DNA of 64,000 bases from Octopus vulgaris (Eukaryota). Under the pieces are notes generated by a model, which saw nothing but the letters and a program-made list of their open reading frames with translations, did no database searches and was not told the origin of the DNA. This document shows positions 38,815 to 53,774 of this stretch, piece after piece (position 1 is the first letter of the stretch; the number at the start of each line of letters is the position of its first letter). A program made the position numbers and the translations under genes. The stretch lies in the NCBI GenBank assembly GCA_951406725.2, contig OX597816.1, positions 76,508,001 to 76,572,000 on the forward strand, in the 5' to 3' direction.

Positions 38815-39185
38815 TCAATCTATTTATTTACTAAAAGGACAATTATAACAGTATACGACAAACTTATCTCTAGGGCGAAAGCCCGGAAGTTTAAGCTCAA
38901 GTTAGACCCATTGGTTCGAACCATTCCTGCAACTTTCACTCTTCCTTCCTCAAACTTGCACGAGGGCAGCTCCTGCCTCTCCAGTCTCAGTTTTCTTTTC
39001 AAGTGATACCTGGTATGGTTAATTAAACCCTTGCTGTAGAATGAGGTGCCCGTCCTCAAACCTTTCAACCGGGACAGCCACACAACCTTTTTTGCACGTC
39101 CTAATCCAGCGACCTGAAGTCGTTGAGAAAGAGTTCTTGCTTCCAAAGCGATCCCAGGCCACGCACATTTAAATGATCTTCGCAA
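38815..39185 (-). mobile_element. Tx1/L1-clade LINE ORF2 C-terminal fragment
   Basis: AKKVVWLSRLKG..YHLKRKLRLERQEL..KFEE resembles Tx1 ORF2 ends; followed by an aataaata-type tail. Confidence 0.6.
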
Positions 39186-40993
39186 TATAAAAAGTGCGAT
39201 ATATTATAAAAATATAAAAAATGCGAAAGAAACAGCCGTATTGAATTGACATTTATCCATAGTCTGTTACTTTTTATTTGCTGTACGTGTGTGTGTGTGT
39301 GTGTGTGTGTGGTGTTCTACTGTACTGTTGAATATATCGCTTCGTCACCAAGTTTATCTTTTATCCGAAAATTTAGTCTCTTTCTTACTGAATGCCTCCG
39401 TTATGGTGATGGCGCTGATGATTGAATAGACCAATTTTTGCATGGAAGAGTCGATGGCATTCAATGTGGTAAGAAAGAGATTGATTTTGTCGAACCTTTA
39501 TCATCTGTCGTTTGATTTGTTCCTCTTCTCTTCTGGTGGCTTCTAAGATTTTGGTTCTGATGTTGATGAAACACCGCTAGTTGGTACCGTCACGGACTTG
39601 TGTCTCAAGCAATTTAAACTCAAGTCCAGTGGTTTTGAGAGTTGTTTTGAGTTAGTCTTTGTATCTTCGATGAGAGCAGCCCCGTGGTCTTTCCTCTGAA
39701 GTGAGCTCGCTGAATAAGACTTGACGTGCTACATTTCTTGATAATCGAAGACAGTTTTTCATGCTTAGCGAATCGATAGTATTTTCATTTTCTTTTTAGA
39801 GAGCACTATGCAGAGAGATCTAAATTCTTTGTCTTATATACAATATCTTGAATATAAAATTGAAGGATCCACCTAGTTTGTTTCAGTCTTTTGTACCATA
39901 TTCGATTGTCCACAGAGACGCAGTGTAAGAACCGACAAATACCTAAGTGCTTAGATAAATTTGACACATTAGTTTGTACATATAAAGGCAGTGGATTAAT
40001 AATATAACTGGTGTGTCATAATTGATTTATTACAATGCAATACTATGCACTGAATGTAACATTTAGTTTGTTATATTAATATATTGATATATTGATTATA
40101 GAGTATCTCCGTGGCCAGAAAAAGAGGGATCAGTTGGAATAATTTCAATGCTGGGTTGGAAAATCATTCTTGAATGGGACCCATCTTTAAGAAGTTCATT
40201 TTATCTAAAAGCTCAATAAATAAATAGAAAATCTGATAATTAAGTAAACGGTGTGTTGAGATGTTTAATGTAAATGCAATACGTTACAACAGAATATAAC
40301 AATAGATATTTTAACCAGCACGGTAGGGTATAAACACAGGCAATTTATTAATCGAACAAGCTGCCAATAGTGAAGCACAACACGGATTATTGTAACCCAT
40401 TTAATTAAGCCATTAGTGTCTGCAATTAACGTTTCCTTTGGCAATTAAAGATGCATTCAGTTGCAAATGAAATCGTTACTCACTATTGTATCTCACCCTG
40501 CCGATACGTGTATTTCTATACACTAGGGTAGTATATATAAACTGGTGAGTTCATATTTGTCTACAGGCCATTGGATAAAATATTTAGATACATATATTAT
40601 ATAGTGCAGTTAAATTATTGAAACAAAACGGACTTTAATTTTAGGTAAATATCTATTCATCTAGTTATGTTTCTAGCACTCTTCTCTCCTTAGTAATCAA
40701 TTAATGTCATCCTCACCTTTCAACACGGTTAAGCGCAAAGCAAAACACAAACACAACATTATCTGTGATACAAATCTCATATTTTTATCTGAGATTAGTA
40801 TTTTTTTAAATATTGGTTTCACAGTCTATGAGTCATCTTTAACTGCAGAGGTACGTTACACGTCATACACACATACACACATACATACACACATATGATA
40901 TATGTTTATGTAAACAGACTGATAAATAAACAGATAGACTGGTAGATAAATATAAGTATATACATGTACACACACACACACACACACACACAG

Positions 40994-41034
<41 letters not shown>

Positions 41035-41036
<2 letters not shown>

Positions 41037-41594
41037 GGGTGTGATGAATATATTCTCGTCTAAATTTATTCAATAAAATTGCCATTTGCTTCCACACAAC
41101 TTCGGAATTTCCTGCAACTCTTATGGAGTTCTTGTCTAAATTATGCAAGAATGAAAATAACACTGACATCTCATTTTAAACAGATATATCTACCAAAACT
41201 ACCAAAAATATCTTGAAATACTAAAGAGTAAATTTATTCAATAAAATTGCCATTTGCTTCCACACAACTTCGGAATTTCCTGCAACTCTTATGGAGTTCT
41301 TGTTTAAGTTATTGAATGCTGCCATAATCCTTGCCTTCAGTCCATCTTTGTTGCTACAAGGAGTTCTGTTGGTCTCGCTCGACTGTGTCCCGCACATAAT
41401 AGTCAAAGGGGTTGCAGTCTGGGAGTGTTAGGAGGCCAGATATCAGGATGATGTGGTTGCTGAATTGTTTGACATCTATGACTGGGTTCTGCTTGTGTAG
41501 CATGGTGCAAAGTCTGGCTGCAAGACATAGGGTCTTCCAGCAGCCGCTGTGGTGAGTCTGAGGCTGTGCGGGAAGATGAATGGAGGCATAGCGT

Positions 41595-41600
<6 letters not shown>
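41035..41600 (-). mobile_element. Tc1/mariner-superfamily (maT/Tc1-like) transposase 3' remnant
   Basis: IWPPNTP(D)CNPFDY..ETNRTPC..LKARIMAAF..EANGNFIE*. Terminus cagggtgtg at 41035. The 3' ~75 bp is duplicated (41060-41135 and 41229-41303). Confidence 0.78.
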
Positions 41601-41777
<177 letters not shown>

Positions 41778-41995
41778 CATTAATATCTTATTTTTCTTAT
41801 TTTTCATATAGTGTTATCATAATAATAGTAGGATGCTTTTGAGTATACACATATTCGCATAACATAAATTCTCCATTGGATGAACGGTAGAAAGGTCTTC
41901 TTGAAATTTGAACCCTTACACCTCTAATGTACAACAAACTGATTTTTACATTTGCATAAAATATAACAATGACTTCTTCCAGTTTTATATATACT

Positions 41996-42059
<64 letters not shown>

Positions 42060-42063
<4 letters not shown>

Positions 42064-42330
42064 CTATTTTCGCTCTTGCGTCTCACGTTTGATCTCTGAC
42101 TTCTGGCCAGAATCAGATCGCCATGTTGAATCGCTAGCTTCTGCACGCATTTTTTTCTCTCCTTGTTTCTCTCCGTGTTTCTTTTCTGTGTATCTTTCTG
42201 TTGAAGAGCGTAGGCTCGAAACGTAAAAGACTTGTTTTATTTATATTCCTGAGCGCCATACTAATACAATTGTTTGTTTGTACTCCACCTGCCTTCGTCT
42301 TTTGTTTATTTTCATAAAGCTTCCCGTTAT
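42060..42330 (+). mobile_element. Short (TA)n-embedded PLE-like terminal repeat with hammerhead-like motif
   Basis: Homologous to 20790-20978; flanked by (TA)n. Confidence 0.62.
42193..42230 (+). ncRNA. Hammerhead-ribozyme-like motif, A6U variant
   Basis: ucuuu-CUGUUGA-A-GAGC(GUAG)GCUC-GAAA-CGU-A-aaaga. 5-bp helix I, 4-bp helix II, palindromic ACGU, GUA site. Confidence 0.6.
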
Positions 42331-42399
42331 ATATATATACAACTATAAAAGGCAAAAATTTAATTACTTTAATTTCCTGCATTTATGGATCACATATTG

Positions 42400-44515
42400 A
42401 TTTTTATCGTGCAGTTGGTAAGCTAGAGTTTGATTTATTGGTTGAATTTGTTTTTAAAATTTGTTATTCTGCTTTGCGGCAATTGTTAACATTGTTAGGT
42501 TATTGCTATAAAGTGTGTATTGCTTGTTAAAAGCATTTGTTATTCATTCTCTCATTGGGGGGAATAATAATTACAATTATTGTGGTCGGAAAAATAGAAA
42601 TGTCACGTGGCGATAAGCCAAAAAGAAATATGTTTGAAGAGGTTTCAAGTAAAACTGAAGGATCTACTTCAGATACAGAGGCAGAATTAATTCCAAGTTT
42701 GCCGTCTGGCAGTACAAAAGAAAAGTCAAAGATAGTGTCAAAAGTATAATTGACGTACCGAGTGTGCAAAAAGAAAATAATAATGAAGAGAAAGACATTT
42801 TTGCATTAGCAGCCGGTGGGTAGAACCCGGCAACTCTCAACAAATAAAAATGATATAAGGAAGTACAATAAAATAATAGAAAAAGATGGAAACGTGGCAA
42901 AAGTGCAACCCCCTGAAAGACTACTACAACAAGAAAAGAAAAAGGAAATACTTTACAAAACCTATAATTTAAAAAGTCGTAAAATTGATAAAATGTCCGA
43001 AGGGACAGCAGAAAAAATATTTGAAAGTCATCTGGAGTGATATTAATTACATCACAAGAGGAAATAAATTTGGAACGGTACAGGTGAGGATGAGAAATGC
43101 GCAGCAACACTCAGTGGAAACGCTGAAGACAAGATGCGGGGCTTATCCCCATGTACATGGGGATGAGGACATCAAGAATAAGAATTAGGAGGATTCCTCA
43201 AGAGATTGATCCTATGTGGGTGGTGACGGGGTAGCGAGTTGTCCAGAAAGCGAACTGGACTGGACAACATTTTAATACAAGCGGAGCCCAAACTCCTAGA
43301 AGATATTTCAGAGAAAATTGAAATAGAAGAGGAGGTCCTCATAGTCTTTGTGGAGGTCCGAAAACCCCGATGTTTTCAATGTGGCGAGTTAGGCCACATT
43401 CGGAATGAATATAAAGCAGAAAAGGAAGAGGAGGAGGAGAAAGAAGTGGAAGAGAAGAAGGAGAAACAGACAACTAACAAACGAAAAGTTCAGCCGACTA
43501 CACAACCGAAAGCAACGACGTCAGAACCGAGGCTAAAAAACACAGCAAAAATGGAAAGAGATGAACGAGGTTTGGTGGCAGTCAACACAGACGACGTGGA
43601 TCTAATGAGATAGCAAAAACTCATAAAATCAGCGATACGCAACGATGAGATCTCTGACAAGTATAAGAACCATGATATTTTACGAAATCTGCGAAAAAAC
43701 ACATAATATCTTGGCGAACAAATATAGAAAGACTGTTGATCCAATGAGGCTGGTTTTTCAATCCTCTATCTTTGAAGAACTACCGGCTCCGATCTCACGA
43801 GATAAAAAAGAAGGGGTGGAATCTCCTCCTCCTACTGAAAATAAAGAAAAGTAATTTAAGGCAAAATTTTTATGGCGATTCACATTTGTTTAAATGTACA
43901 CGGCCTGATGTCGAGCTGGAAGCAAGGACAGTTCCTAAATGACATCAGGTCGCGGGATTTGAATGTAATTGTTGCTGCAGAAACCCGGTTGAACGGGCCA
44001 AGAGATCTGCTCTCTCTGCTGAATAGCTACGAGAAATACGTTTCTCCGTGTCGAGCGACAGGTGGGGGTGGTTTGTTGGTCCTATTAAAAAGAAACCGAG
44101 TTTCCGAGAAAAAGTTGATTTCTTTCTGATCCAGGAGGCAGCTTGGTCGTTCTGGATTTGACTTTCAGTTGCGGTAAGAGGATCAGGCTGATTGCGATTT
44201 ATGCACCCAATCAGGATGGTCCAAAAAGTAAATATTTCCGTGATGTAGGGAAATTTTTAGTCGCGAAACATTCTTTAGTTTTGCTAGAAGACTTTAACAC
44301 ATTCTACGATATGCGCACTGATTGTGTTGGCTCAAAACCAGATAGAACATGTAACTATGGCTTTCGGGATCTACTAGGCCATTTTCAGCTAGCAGACCCA
44401 TATAGGCTGGAGCACCCGCACGCTCCACTGTGGACGTGGTCAAATAGCGACGGATCTTCCCGATTATATATAGATAGAATCTTGATTAGAAAGGAGACTG
44501 GTTACTGCCTTTCGA
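42400..44515 (+). mobile_element. Tx1/L1-clade LINE, 5' half (ORF1 zinc knuckle and APE endonuclease), no RT
   Basis: PRCFQCGELGHIRNE; CLNVHGL..ETR, IAIYAPN, EDFN, WTW and YIDRI APE motifs; several frameshifts. Confidence 0.85.
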
Positions 44516-44936
44516 TTTAACCTTTTTTCAACATTATTATCTCTTACGTTGACATGGATAACGATACATTTAAATAGTAGCTGTAAAAGCAGAAAGAAAA
44601 TGCATGATTTGATAGTTAACGAAAAACAATGTTTTAAAAACAATAACTAGAAACCTAGCCTGAAGAAATAAAGTGAGCTGTTGTAAACACATAAAAATGC
44701 TTAAGCTGTATTAGTATCTGGCTGCAAATAATGAATCGGTGTGATAGCAAACACATAAACCACACGTTTGATGGCGGATTTTTACATCTGAAGGATCTCA
44801 CAATTCTGCAAAAAAGTATTAAAAAAAAACAAACGTTAAGTTAAAAACTCAGTTTACAGATATTTTGAAGTTGGTTTCATGTAAATTAACTTAATTCATT
44901 TTCTCTCTTTGTTCTCTTCTTTTCTCTCTATCTTTT

Positions 44937-44982
<46 letters not shown>

Positions 44983-44999
44983 ATGTATCTATAAGAGGT

Positions 45000-45790
<791 letters not shown>

Positions 45791-47120
45791 TAAATGATAT
45801 AAGATAGATTTGTATGTATGTATGTATGCGATCACTTCGATCGTCTGACATGTGGCACATGATGCACCTGCACAAGCAAATGTCGATTTATTGGAAGGAG
45901 TGAACTTATGTTCACACAAACATTTGATCACTATAAATAAATCATCTGTATGGTTGTTCTGGAAGAAATTGCCGAACTCTCATACGTCGTCCAACGACAG
46001 GAGAGTGCATGCTATGTACATATACGGATATTCTCTTTATGTTTTTGTAAACTTTTCCGTTTGTTGTGTTTTTGTTAAATTTTTGAAATATCATTTATGT
46101 AACGTTAAGCACTCATGAGTGGAATACTTTTGGAATACTTTTAGCGCGACGTCCATTTCTGTCTCTCTCCTTAATACTTTACTTCGTTCTCTGTTCTGAC
46201 TTTCTATATGTTTCCAGTTCTACAGGAAACTTTCATTTTCCTTTGCATAACATAATAAGTCCCTGTCTTAGCCTTCGTTTTTGTTGTATATGTATATTTT
46301 ATGTTTTCATGATTGTTTTCGTCATTGTTCTGTACGTTCATTAGCTATTCTAAGTGTCTTCTTACAACGGACGCCACCAAATGTGAACAATATCGACGTT
46401 GAAGCACAAAATTGTAAGGATCTTTTTAACGTTGATAGATGAAGTAGCTATGAATTTTTTGTTTGTTATGCTCTCGTAAAGTGTTCTGTTTGTTGTGTTT
46501 TTGTTAAATTTTTGAAACACACACACATATAACTTGTTTAACTAAAGAAATATGCAATTCACTGAAGTCTGCTTACCTAGAGACTTCGAAATAACCGTGA
46601 GATATACGTGGGAATAAGCACTAATCTACACATGCATTCTTAAATAAATACATACATACACGAAAGACATTTCCTCTTTCTCCAATATAACATGGTGATG
46701 CCGGTACTTCAAGTAATGACTGTGCATGATGCATTTTACAGTAAGGAAAGGCCTTACACGCAACAAACATCACGCTCTAAACAACGATGATGCCAGATGC
46801 CCCAGAAAGAAGTTGTCAGCATCATTGGCTACCATCGTGTCGTAGGATTCATATTAGACATTGTCTTCTCCTCCATTGATTTTCTGACAAGGATTAAGAA
46901 TCACTCATTACACACACGCACACACACACACACACATACACACACACACACAACACACACACACACACACACACACATACACACACATATAATTAAGATC
47001 CAGTTGAATTAGGTACTTAAGTTGAGATACCAAGTCAGTCCGGTATTTTCCACACAGATCGGAGCAAAGTGAATAAAAAGTAAATAAGTTACAAGGATGT
47101 CACGGTATTAATGCATAACG

Positions 47121-48229
47121 GCCGTTTCAGGCGGCTCCATTTAATCGAACAATGCAAGCATTACATCAATTTGAAATACACCGCCTTCTTCGGATGTATA
47201 AAACCATATAGGTTTTCAACATACAAAATACATCGTTATACTTTTTAGCAAATATTTCATCAGAGCTAGAGAATAACAGAATTACATGTTTGCTGCTATT
47301 ATTGAAGAATGAACCTAGGGAGAAAATACCCCAGCTATAATTTGGAGTGGTAGAAGAAAATAACAATGGGAGTCATGAGATGGTAATATAGCTACAAATT
47401 TTATCTATCGCCTTATCACCATCAGTAGATCTAATGCAGTTAGTATACTACGTCCACTAAGAATTAAAACCACTGAGAATTGATAGTTAAGATTTAGCTG
47501 CAGATAATAAATTAATTACGTTTCTATGGCTATGAATTCACTATGACCATATAAAGAAACAAATCTCAGAAGGAGTCAGTAAGATAGTGGTAAAGAGACA
47601 GGGTAGAGTTGACATAAATTATTTTATTATTATCAATTAAAGGGGCCTAAAATAGAAAACAAAGGACGTCACAATGAGATCCAAATGGACATTAAGGGTA
47701 CAGCGGGAAAAATATAACGAAAAATTTAGCAAAATTATTTTATTGTATTTTTTATAGTAAAAGTAAAATTTTAAAAATTGAGGAAGGTGTGTAAGGACCA
47801 AGTAAGAGAAGAAGGATATATAAACCAATATAAGCCCTAAAAGGTAGAGTACTTTTATATGAAATAGAAGCTTCATAATACGTTATCCTAGCAAAATTTG
47901 AGGTGGTCATGATAAAACTATTCAAGCAATGAACCCAAATTACATTCAGATTTTATCCGAGAAAGAGGGCCGCATTTTCTATTGAAGGGTTAAAGGCAAA
48001 GAAATGAGATAATTGGTTCTATAACATATACTTATTTAAAAAATATAATTATATAAAAAATTCCAACATTATAAAAAAAAATCTTAAGGAATGAAAGGAT
48101 ATAAGAAAGGTATAATGGAGTTCCCTGTATGTTGAAAACCTATAGGGTCATATGAATCCGAAGAAGGCGGTGTGTTTCAAATTAATGTAATGCTGCATTG
48201 TTCTATTAAATGGAACCGCCTGAAACGGC
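47121..48229. mobile_element. Non-autonomous DNA transposon with about 105-bp TIRs
   Basis: 47121-47225 (gccgtttcaggcgg..caccgccttcttcggat..tataggttttcaacataca) is the imperfect reverse complement of 48126-48229. AT-rich non-coding interior. Confidence 0.82.
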
Positions 48230-48250
48230 GGTTCCATTCTGACTTACTTG

Positions 48251-48308
<58 letters not shown>

Positions 48309-48391
48309 GAAAGTGTGTGAGAAAGAGAGGGATTAGATTTTTCGATAGATAGATAAAAATATACCTGCAAATGAACCTGAATCTCTCTCTC

Positions 48392-48431
<40 letters not shown>

Positions 48432-49942
48432 TCTACCGTATGGTCTGTATTTCATAACTAGTAACAATACCAATACAGTACTATTCTAATTTAACTGCAC
48501 ACAGAAGATTTATATACATATAAATGTGTGTGCGCGTGTGTGTGTGTTCGTGTGTGTGTATGCATATACGACAGTAATACACTATATCTGTCATATACAG
48601 ACTGAATATTAAATGTAAGTGATATTTCTGCCGTGAACCCCTGATGTACGAGTTGAAATACGAAACATCAAATTCATATATTTTTGAATGCATTCACTCG
48701 TACCTACTTATATCATCTAATTATATCTAGATAGATTCAACTATGATGGTAATATTGACTCTTCATCCAGTAGGCCAGCAACCAAATTGACTACAGAAGA
48801 GACCAAATAAGAAAATAAAAACACGCACTCACTCATATTTACATGAAGCAAAAATACAGAAAACACACAATAATGCACACACAGGCACTCACAAACAGAC
48901 ACACAAACACACACATATATATGATTTAATAGAAAATGTGCAGCAAACTATAATGACCAAGTTGTTAACATTTCTGTTTTTACTTCCTTCCTAGAATGAA
49001 ATTAGATATTATTTTAATCTCTAGTATTTATTGCTTTCAATTCCGTACTTTTTTTATCTGTGTTCTTTCCTCTAGCCGTCTGCTCAAAATATTATTTTTT
49101 TAATCTCCAGAGTATGTTCTTCTAAAATTAATTATTTTGAACCATCCACTTGAAGCTACGCCAGCCTTCCTCTCTACGTTACAGAAAAAAAATTATGTTC
49201 TATATTGCAGTAAGAAGGGATATTTTTTCTAGTGGGACAATAATGTTATATTCAAGAGAAGCAATTTTCAGTATAATGCTGCTACTCAATTTATTAAACT
49301 ATGAAGGGTGGGAGGCAAGGATAGGAAGCAAGGTTATTTCCCATCCCACGCAGGATTATTTAGGAGGTGACGTCGCTAAATACCGTAGGGTCTTTATCTT
49401 GAACTCTAAGGATAAGACTACGCCTAACATCAATTCGTAGTATAAGTACGAACAAGGAATGTATTTGTGTTTCTTGAAGATCAGGGTAGATCGATCTCAT
49501 TAATTGACTGGTACATATATTATCGACCCTGGAAAGAAGAAAACGCGAAAATGCAGAATGTAAATATATTTATACTAGTTACTATAACGATTCTGCTTTT
49601 TTTTCAAAAAATAATAATGCTCCTATCTGTTATAGGCACAAGGCTTGAGATTTTGAGATAGGCAACTAGTCGATCACATCAACCAACAATACATGATTGA
49701 TACTTATTTTATCGACCACGAAAAGACGAAATGAAAGTCGACCACGAAAAGACGAAATGAAAGTCGACCACGGCGGAATTTTAGACTTAAAATATATATA
49801 GACAAAAGAAATACCGCTAAGCATTTTGCCCGGTGTGCTAACGATTTTGCCAGCTGATCGCTTAAATAATAATAATAATGATAATAATAATAATAATAAT
49901 ATAGTAGTAGTAGTAGTAGTAGTAGTAGCAGCAGCAGCAGTA

Positions 49943-49985
<43 letters not shown>

Positions 49986-49987
49986 AC

Positions 49988-50280
49988 TTAAGTACGAAGT
50001 AACCCAGCTATGGAAATGAAGAAGGTGAACGTAGTGCCAATTATTGTTAGGTCATTGGGAATAGTATCAGAAGGCACCAAGAGGAATATAAAGGAAATTG
50101 GAATAGAGTGCCCAGTAGAACTGTTACAAAACATTTGCCTCCTTGGCACAGCCAGAATAATCAGAAAAGTATTAGATCGCAGAAAAGAATGGAAACCATG
50201 GTTTCCGTAGGCTGTAGGTAGTAAGCCCACTACGCATGCAAGACTTCAGGAGATCCAACAAAAGCTGTGATAAAGAGAAA
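49988..50280 (+). mobile_element. R4/Dong-like LINE 3' end within (TAA)n
   Basis: VNVVPIIVRSLG..LLQNICLLGTARIIRKVL; (AAT)n on the left and degenerate AAT repeats on the right. Confidence 0.78.
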
Positions 50281-50549
50281 ATAACAATACTAATAATGAC
50301 AATGGTTTCAAATTTTGACACGAGGCCAGCATTTTAGGGGAGATAATAAGATGATAACTTCGACCCTAGTACTCAACTGATACTTATTTCATCGAGCCCA
50401 AAAAGGAGAAAGTCGAATTCCACTTCTGCGCAATTTCAACTCAGAACGTAAATACGGACGAAATGCCGCTAAGCCTTTTTGCCCGACGTGCTAACGATTC
50501 TGCCATAATAATAATGATAATAATTATAATGATGATGATAATAATAATG

Positions 50550-50726
50550 ATAAGAAGAAGAAGGAGAAGGAGAAGAAGAAGAAGAAGAAGAAGAAGAAGA
50601 AGAAGAAGAAGAAGAAAAGAAGAAGAAGAAGAAGAAGAAGAAGAAGAAGAAGAAGAAGAAGAAGAAGAAGAAGAAGAAGAAGAAGAAAAGAAGAAGAAGA
50701 AGAAGAAGAAGAAGAAGAAGAAGAAA
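50550..50726 (+). repeat. (GAA)n microsatellite
   Basis: Long, nearly pure GAA tract preceded by (AAT/GAT)n. Confidence 0.97.
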
Positions 50727-50942
50727 AATGCCATAAGATGATTCTTTACCACGACTAATACAATCATAGCCAAGAATGCCAAGATGGCTATCAATGGGTA
50801 CGGATAAATCATTACTATTCTCAAGATACGCTGGATCACAAAAAGAGAGTAGCGCTATGATTATCAAACGACAAGGAGACAGAGGACATAATTGGGCAAA
50901 ATATGGATATTAACTTATTTAGAAGCTTCTTCCAGCCAGCCA

Positions 50943-50990
<48 letters not shown>

Positions 50991-53774
50991 ATATTCGTGT
51001 GTGTGTCTGTGTGTGTAAAGGTATTCAACATCACAGCAGTGCTAGAATACACTGTAACAGAAAAGCTAGAATTTGACGCTGTTAAGCGTGTCTTTAAATT
51101 GAAATGGGATGAGGTAAATGGGTAAAATTATTGTAGTAGCGTTAATAATTATAATAAAACTATATTAGTTTAAAATGTTGACAAAATGCCAGCAATTTCG
51201 GGGTATGAAACAAGTCGATTACACTGACTACAGTGCTCAACTGGTATTTATTTTATCGACCCTGAAAAGATGAAATGCAAAGTCGATTTCGGTGGCATTT
51301 GAACTCAGAACGTAAAGAACAGCGAAAACATTTTGCCCGGCGTGCAAACGATCCTGCCAGCTCGCTTCCTTAATAATAATACATTAATGGTAATTCTAAT
51401 GGTGGTAGTAATATTATTAACGCTGTTAAATATATTAAGTACAATGTTTATAGACACTACAACATCTGTTCACTGTGATACACCAGTTATTGTAATTGTA
51501 CCTCTGCACTCTCGATGGATCTGCTGAAGAACTACTTTACGAAACTTCTATCAACAACTTGCTAAAATACGTACATCAGTCTGTAATTCCAATCTGTTGG
51601 AGATACACAATTGAAAGTAACATAAAATTTATAAATATGTGGAATTACTCTAAACAAACTAATGTCATGCTCGAGGTTATAAACATAATCCAACTAAAGT
51701 AAATTAAAACTGCAAGAACGGCACAAAAGGAAGGGAGATAACAAATCCCAACATTACGATACTCAATTCCGTTACTCAATTAATCAGTATCCTACAGGCT
51801 TACATCATCACAATAAACTCTGGAAGAATAAATAAGCAACTAGTTATTACAATAAAACAAAAGTCACAAATCTACAATGGATAACTGGAAGAAAACATTA
51901 AAGTATTCTATGTAGCAATTTAAGTATGTAGCAAAATGCAGATACCAGCATATAATTCTTAAAGGAAAATTAGCAATTCGAACTCTGTGAGTTAAATAAA
52001 CCATGTAAATGCTTCATAAAGATCTAATAAACACAACTCAAATGCTTAAAACAAACAACTACACAATCAACTTTAAAAAGATTCATATGGTTTGATATTC
52101 GAGATGATAAATATAAGCCTAATTCCGAAAACTAAAAAAGGTAAAGAATCTAAAGGTGCAACAACAGAAATTAATAGTATACATATGGAAATCCATTTTG
52201 AAAACGATTCTAACCATCTCTTTCTTCACGTAATTACAATATTTCATTTGAGGTATTCTTTAAACAGCTTCAGAAAAACTCTTTGTCTTTGCTGTTTATA
52301 TCAAACCATGGAGCCTTGAATTCCGTTCCTGATGAGAAATTCAAACCAAGTACTTAGATCAATCCTTACTAGTAGATAGCTCCTTATCCAAAATAAAGAC
52401 CAACAGATGACCTATCTTCTGTCATCCAATCAGTTGTCTGTTGGTAATTTTTCTAAAATACTATCCATAATAATAATACATATACAAAAATGGAAAAAAT
52501 TATGTAAATATTTTGCAGAAGGTGGTACATACCTAAGTTCATCATTATAATCTGCTACCAGCCCCTTGTTAATAATACGATAGTGGGGATTTTCTTATCT
52601 AGCTTTGCCAACACGAAAAGTCGTGGAAATATCAATCCCTTGTTAAAAATAGAGAAAGCGAACCTGTTATGGCCTTTGATCTGCTAAAGGATGACTTTTC
52701 ATTCGGCATTTTATGACAGCTGCATCAAAGTATTGGAATTACTTTAATTTGATTCAACCAGTGAAAAAGTGGCAGGTTGATTTAAAGCTGATTAAAGCAA
52801 AATGCCTGTAATTTCTAGCGTCACAAGAACGTTTACCAGATTATATTTCAAACGAACAATACTTCTGGTATTTATTTCCCCATATGCCTGTAGCAATTGA
52901 GTACAAAAATATTAGGGATCACTTAAAATATATGCTGCAAACTGCCTTCAGTTTGAGAACGCTCCCAGTAGTGCCAATAAAATTTGCAGTGATAATAAAA
53001 TATAGAAGCATGCAAAGAAATGACAATAAAGTGAGACGATTAGTGGAGTAAATAATTTCGGGACTCCAGGCTGTGGATATATTCACTCTCTATAAGGAAG
53101 TGACTGATTACCACGAAGTACTTCGGCACATAATCCTTTTTGCACAAGAACTATATATCTTTCATTTGTGCAAATATTTGTGCGGGGTGATAGCAAAATT
53201 GTATGTATAAAAAGTGCATGAATGGGTTAAGAAAATGAAACATTTTGACAAAGCCAAAAACATAAAAATCACAACACAATAGCAAATGCTAGCTGCCACC
53301 ACTGTCAGCTATAACATAGGTGCTTGTGGTATTGTATCACCACACACTACACAATAAGTCTGACACCCAATGACTGTACTCTCCTAAAAAAGACTGTAGT
53401 GCGGGGACAATTGAGCTTTTGAAAGTCACGATATGATATAAGAAAGCAGTCATCAATGCTGCTTGCTACCTATTTAAATTTTAAGAAAGCTGATACTTGA
53501 CTTGAGGTTAGTGAAAAACAAAGGACTGCGAATCGTATGCATGTGTAGCAACAAAATGATAGCAAAAATTAGCTTAAAATTCGAATTGCAAATGTACAAA
53601 ATTAAAGTGGTATCAAAACAGACATATCTATGGCACTCATGGTAAGCAATTATGAGTACATAAATATCGATAATGTTTTCACGAATTGGATGTTCCATAT
53701 ATAAAGTGGATTGAAATAGAAATGGTTTTCAATGTAGAAGCTACGATAATCGGGATACAGGAATAAACCATAAT

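Noticed and set aside
50441-50867. Poly-R/E/K and poly-F/S/L ORFs
   Set aside because: Products of the (GAA)n tract.
51800-53250. Possible decayed DNA-transposon coding region
   Set aside because: No recognisable transposase motif or TIR pair could be supported.
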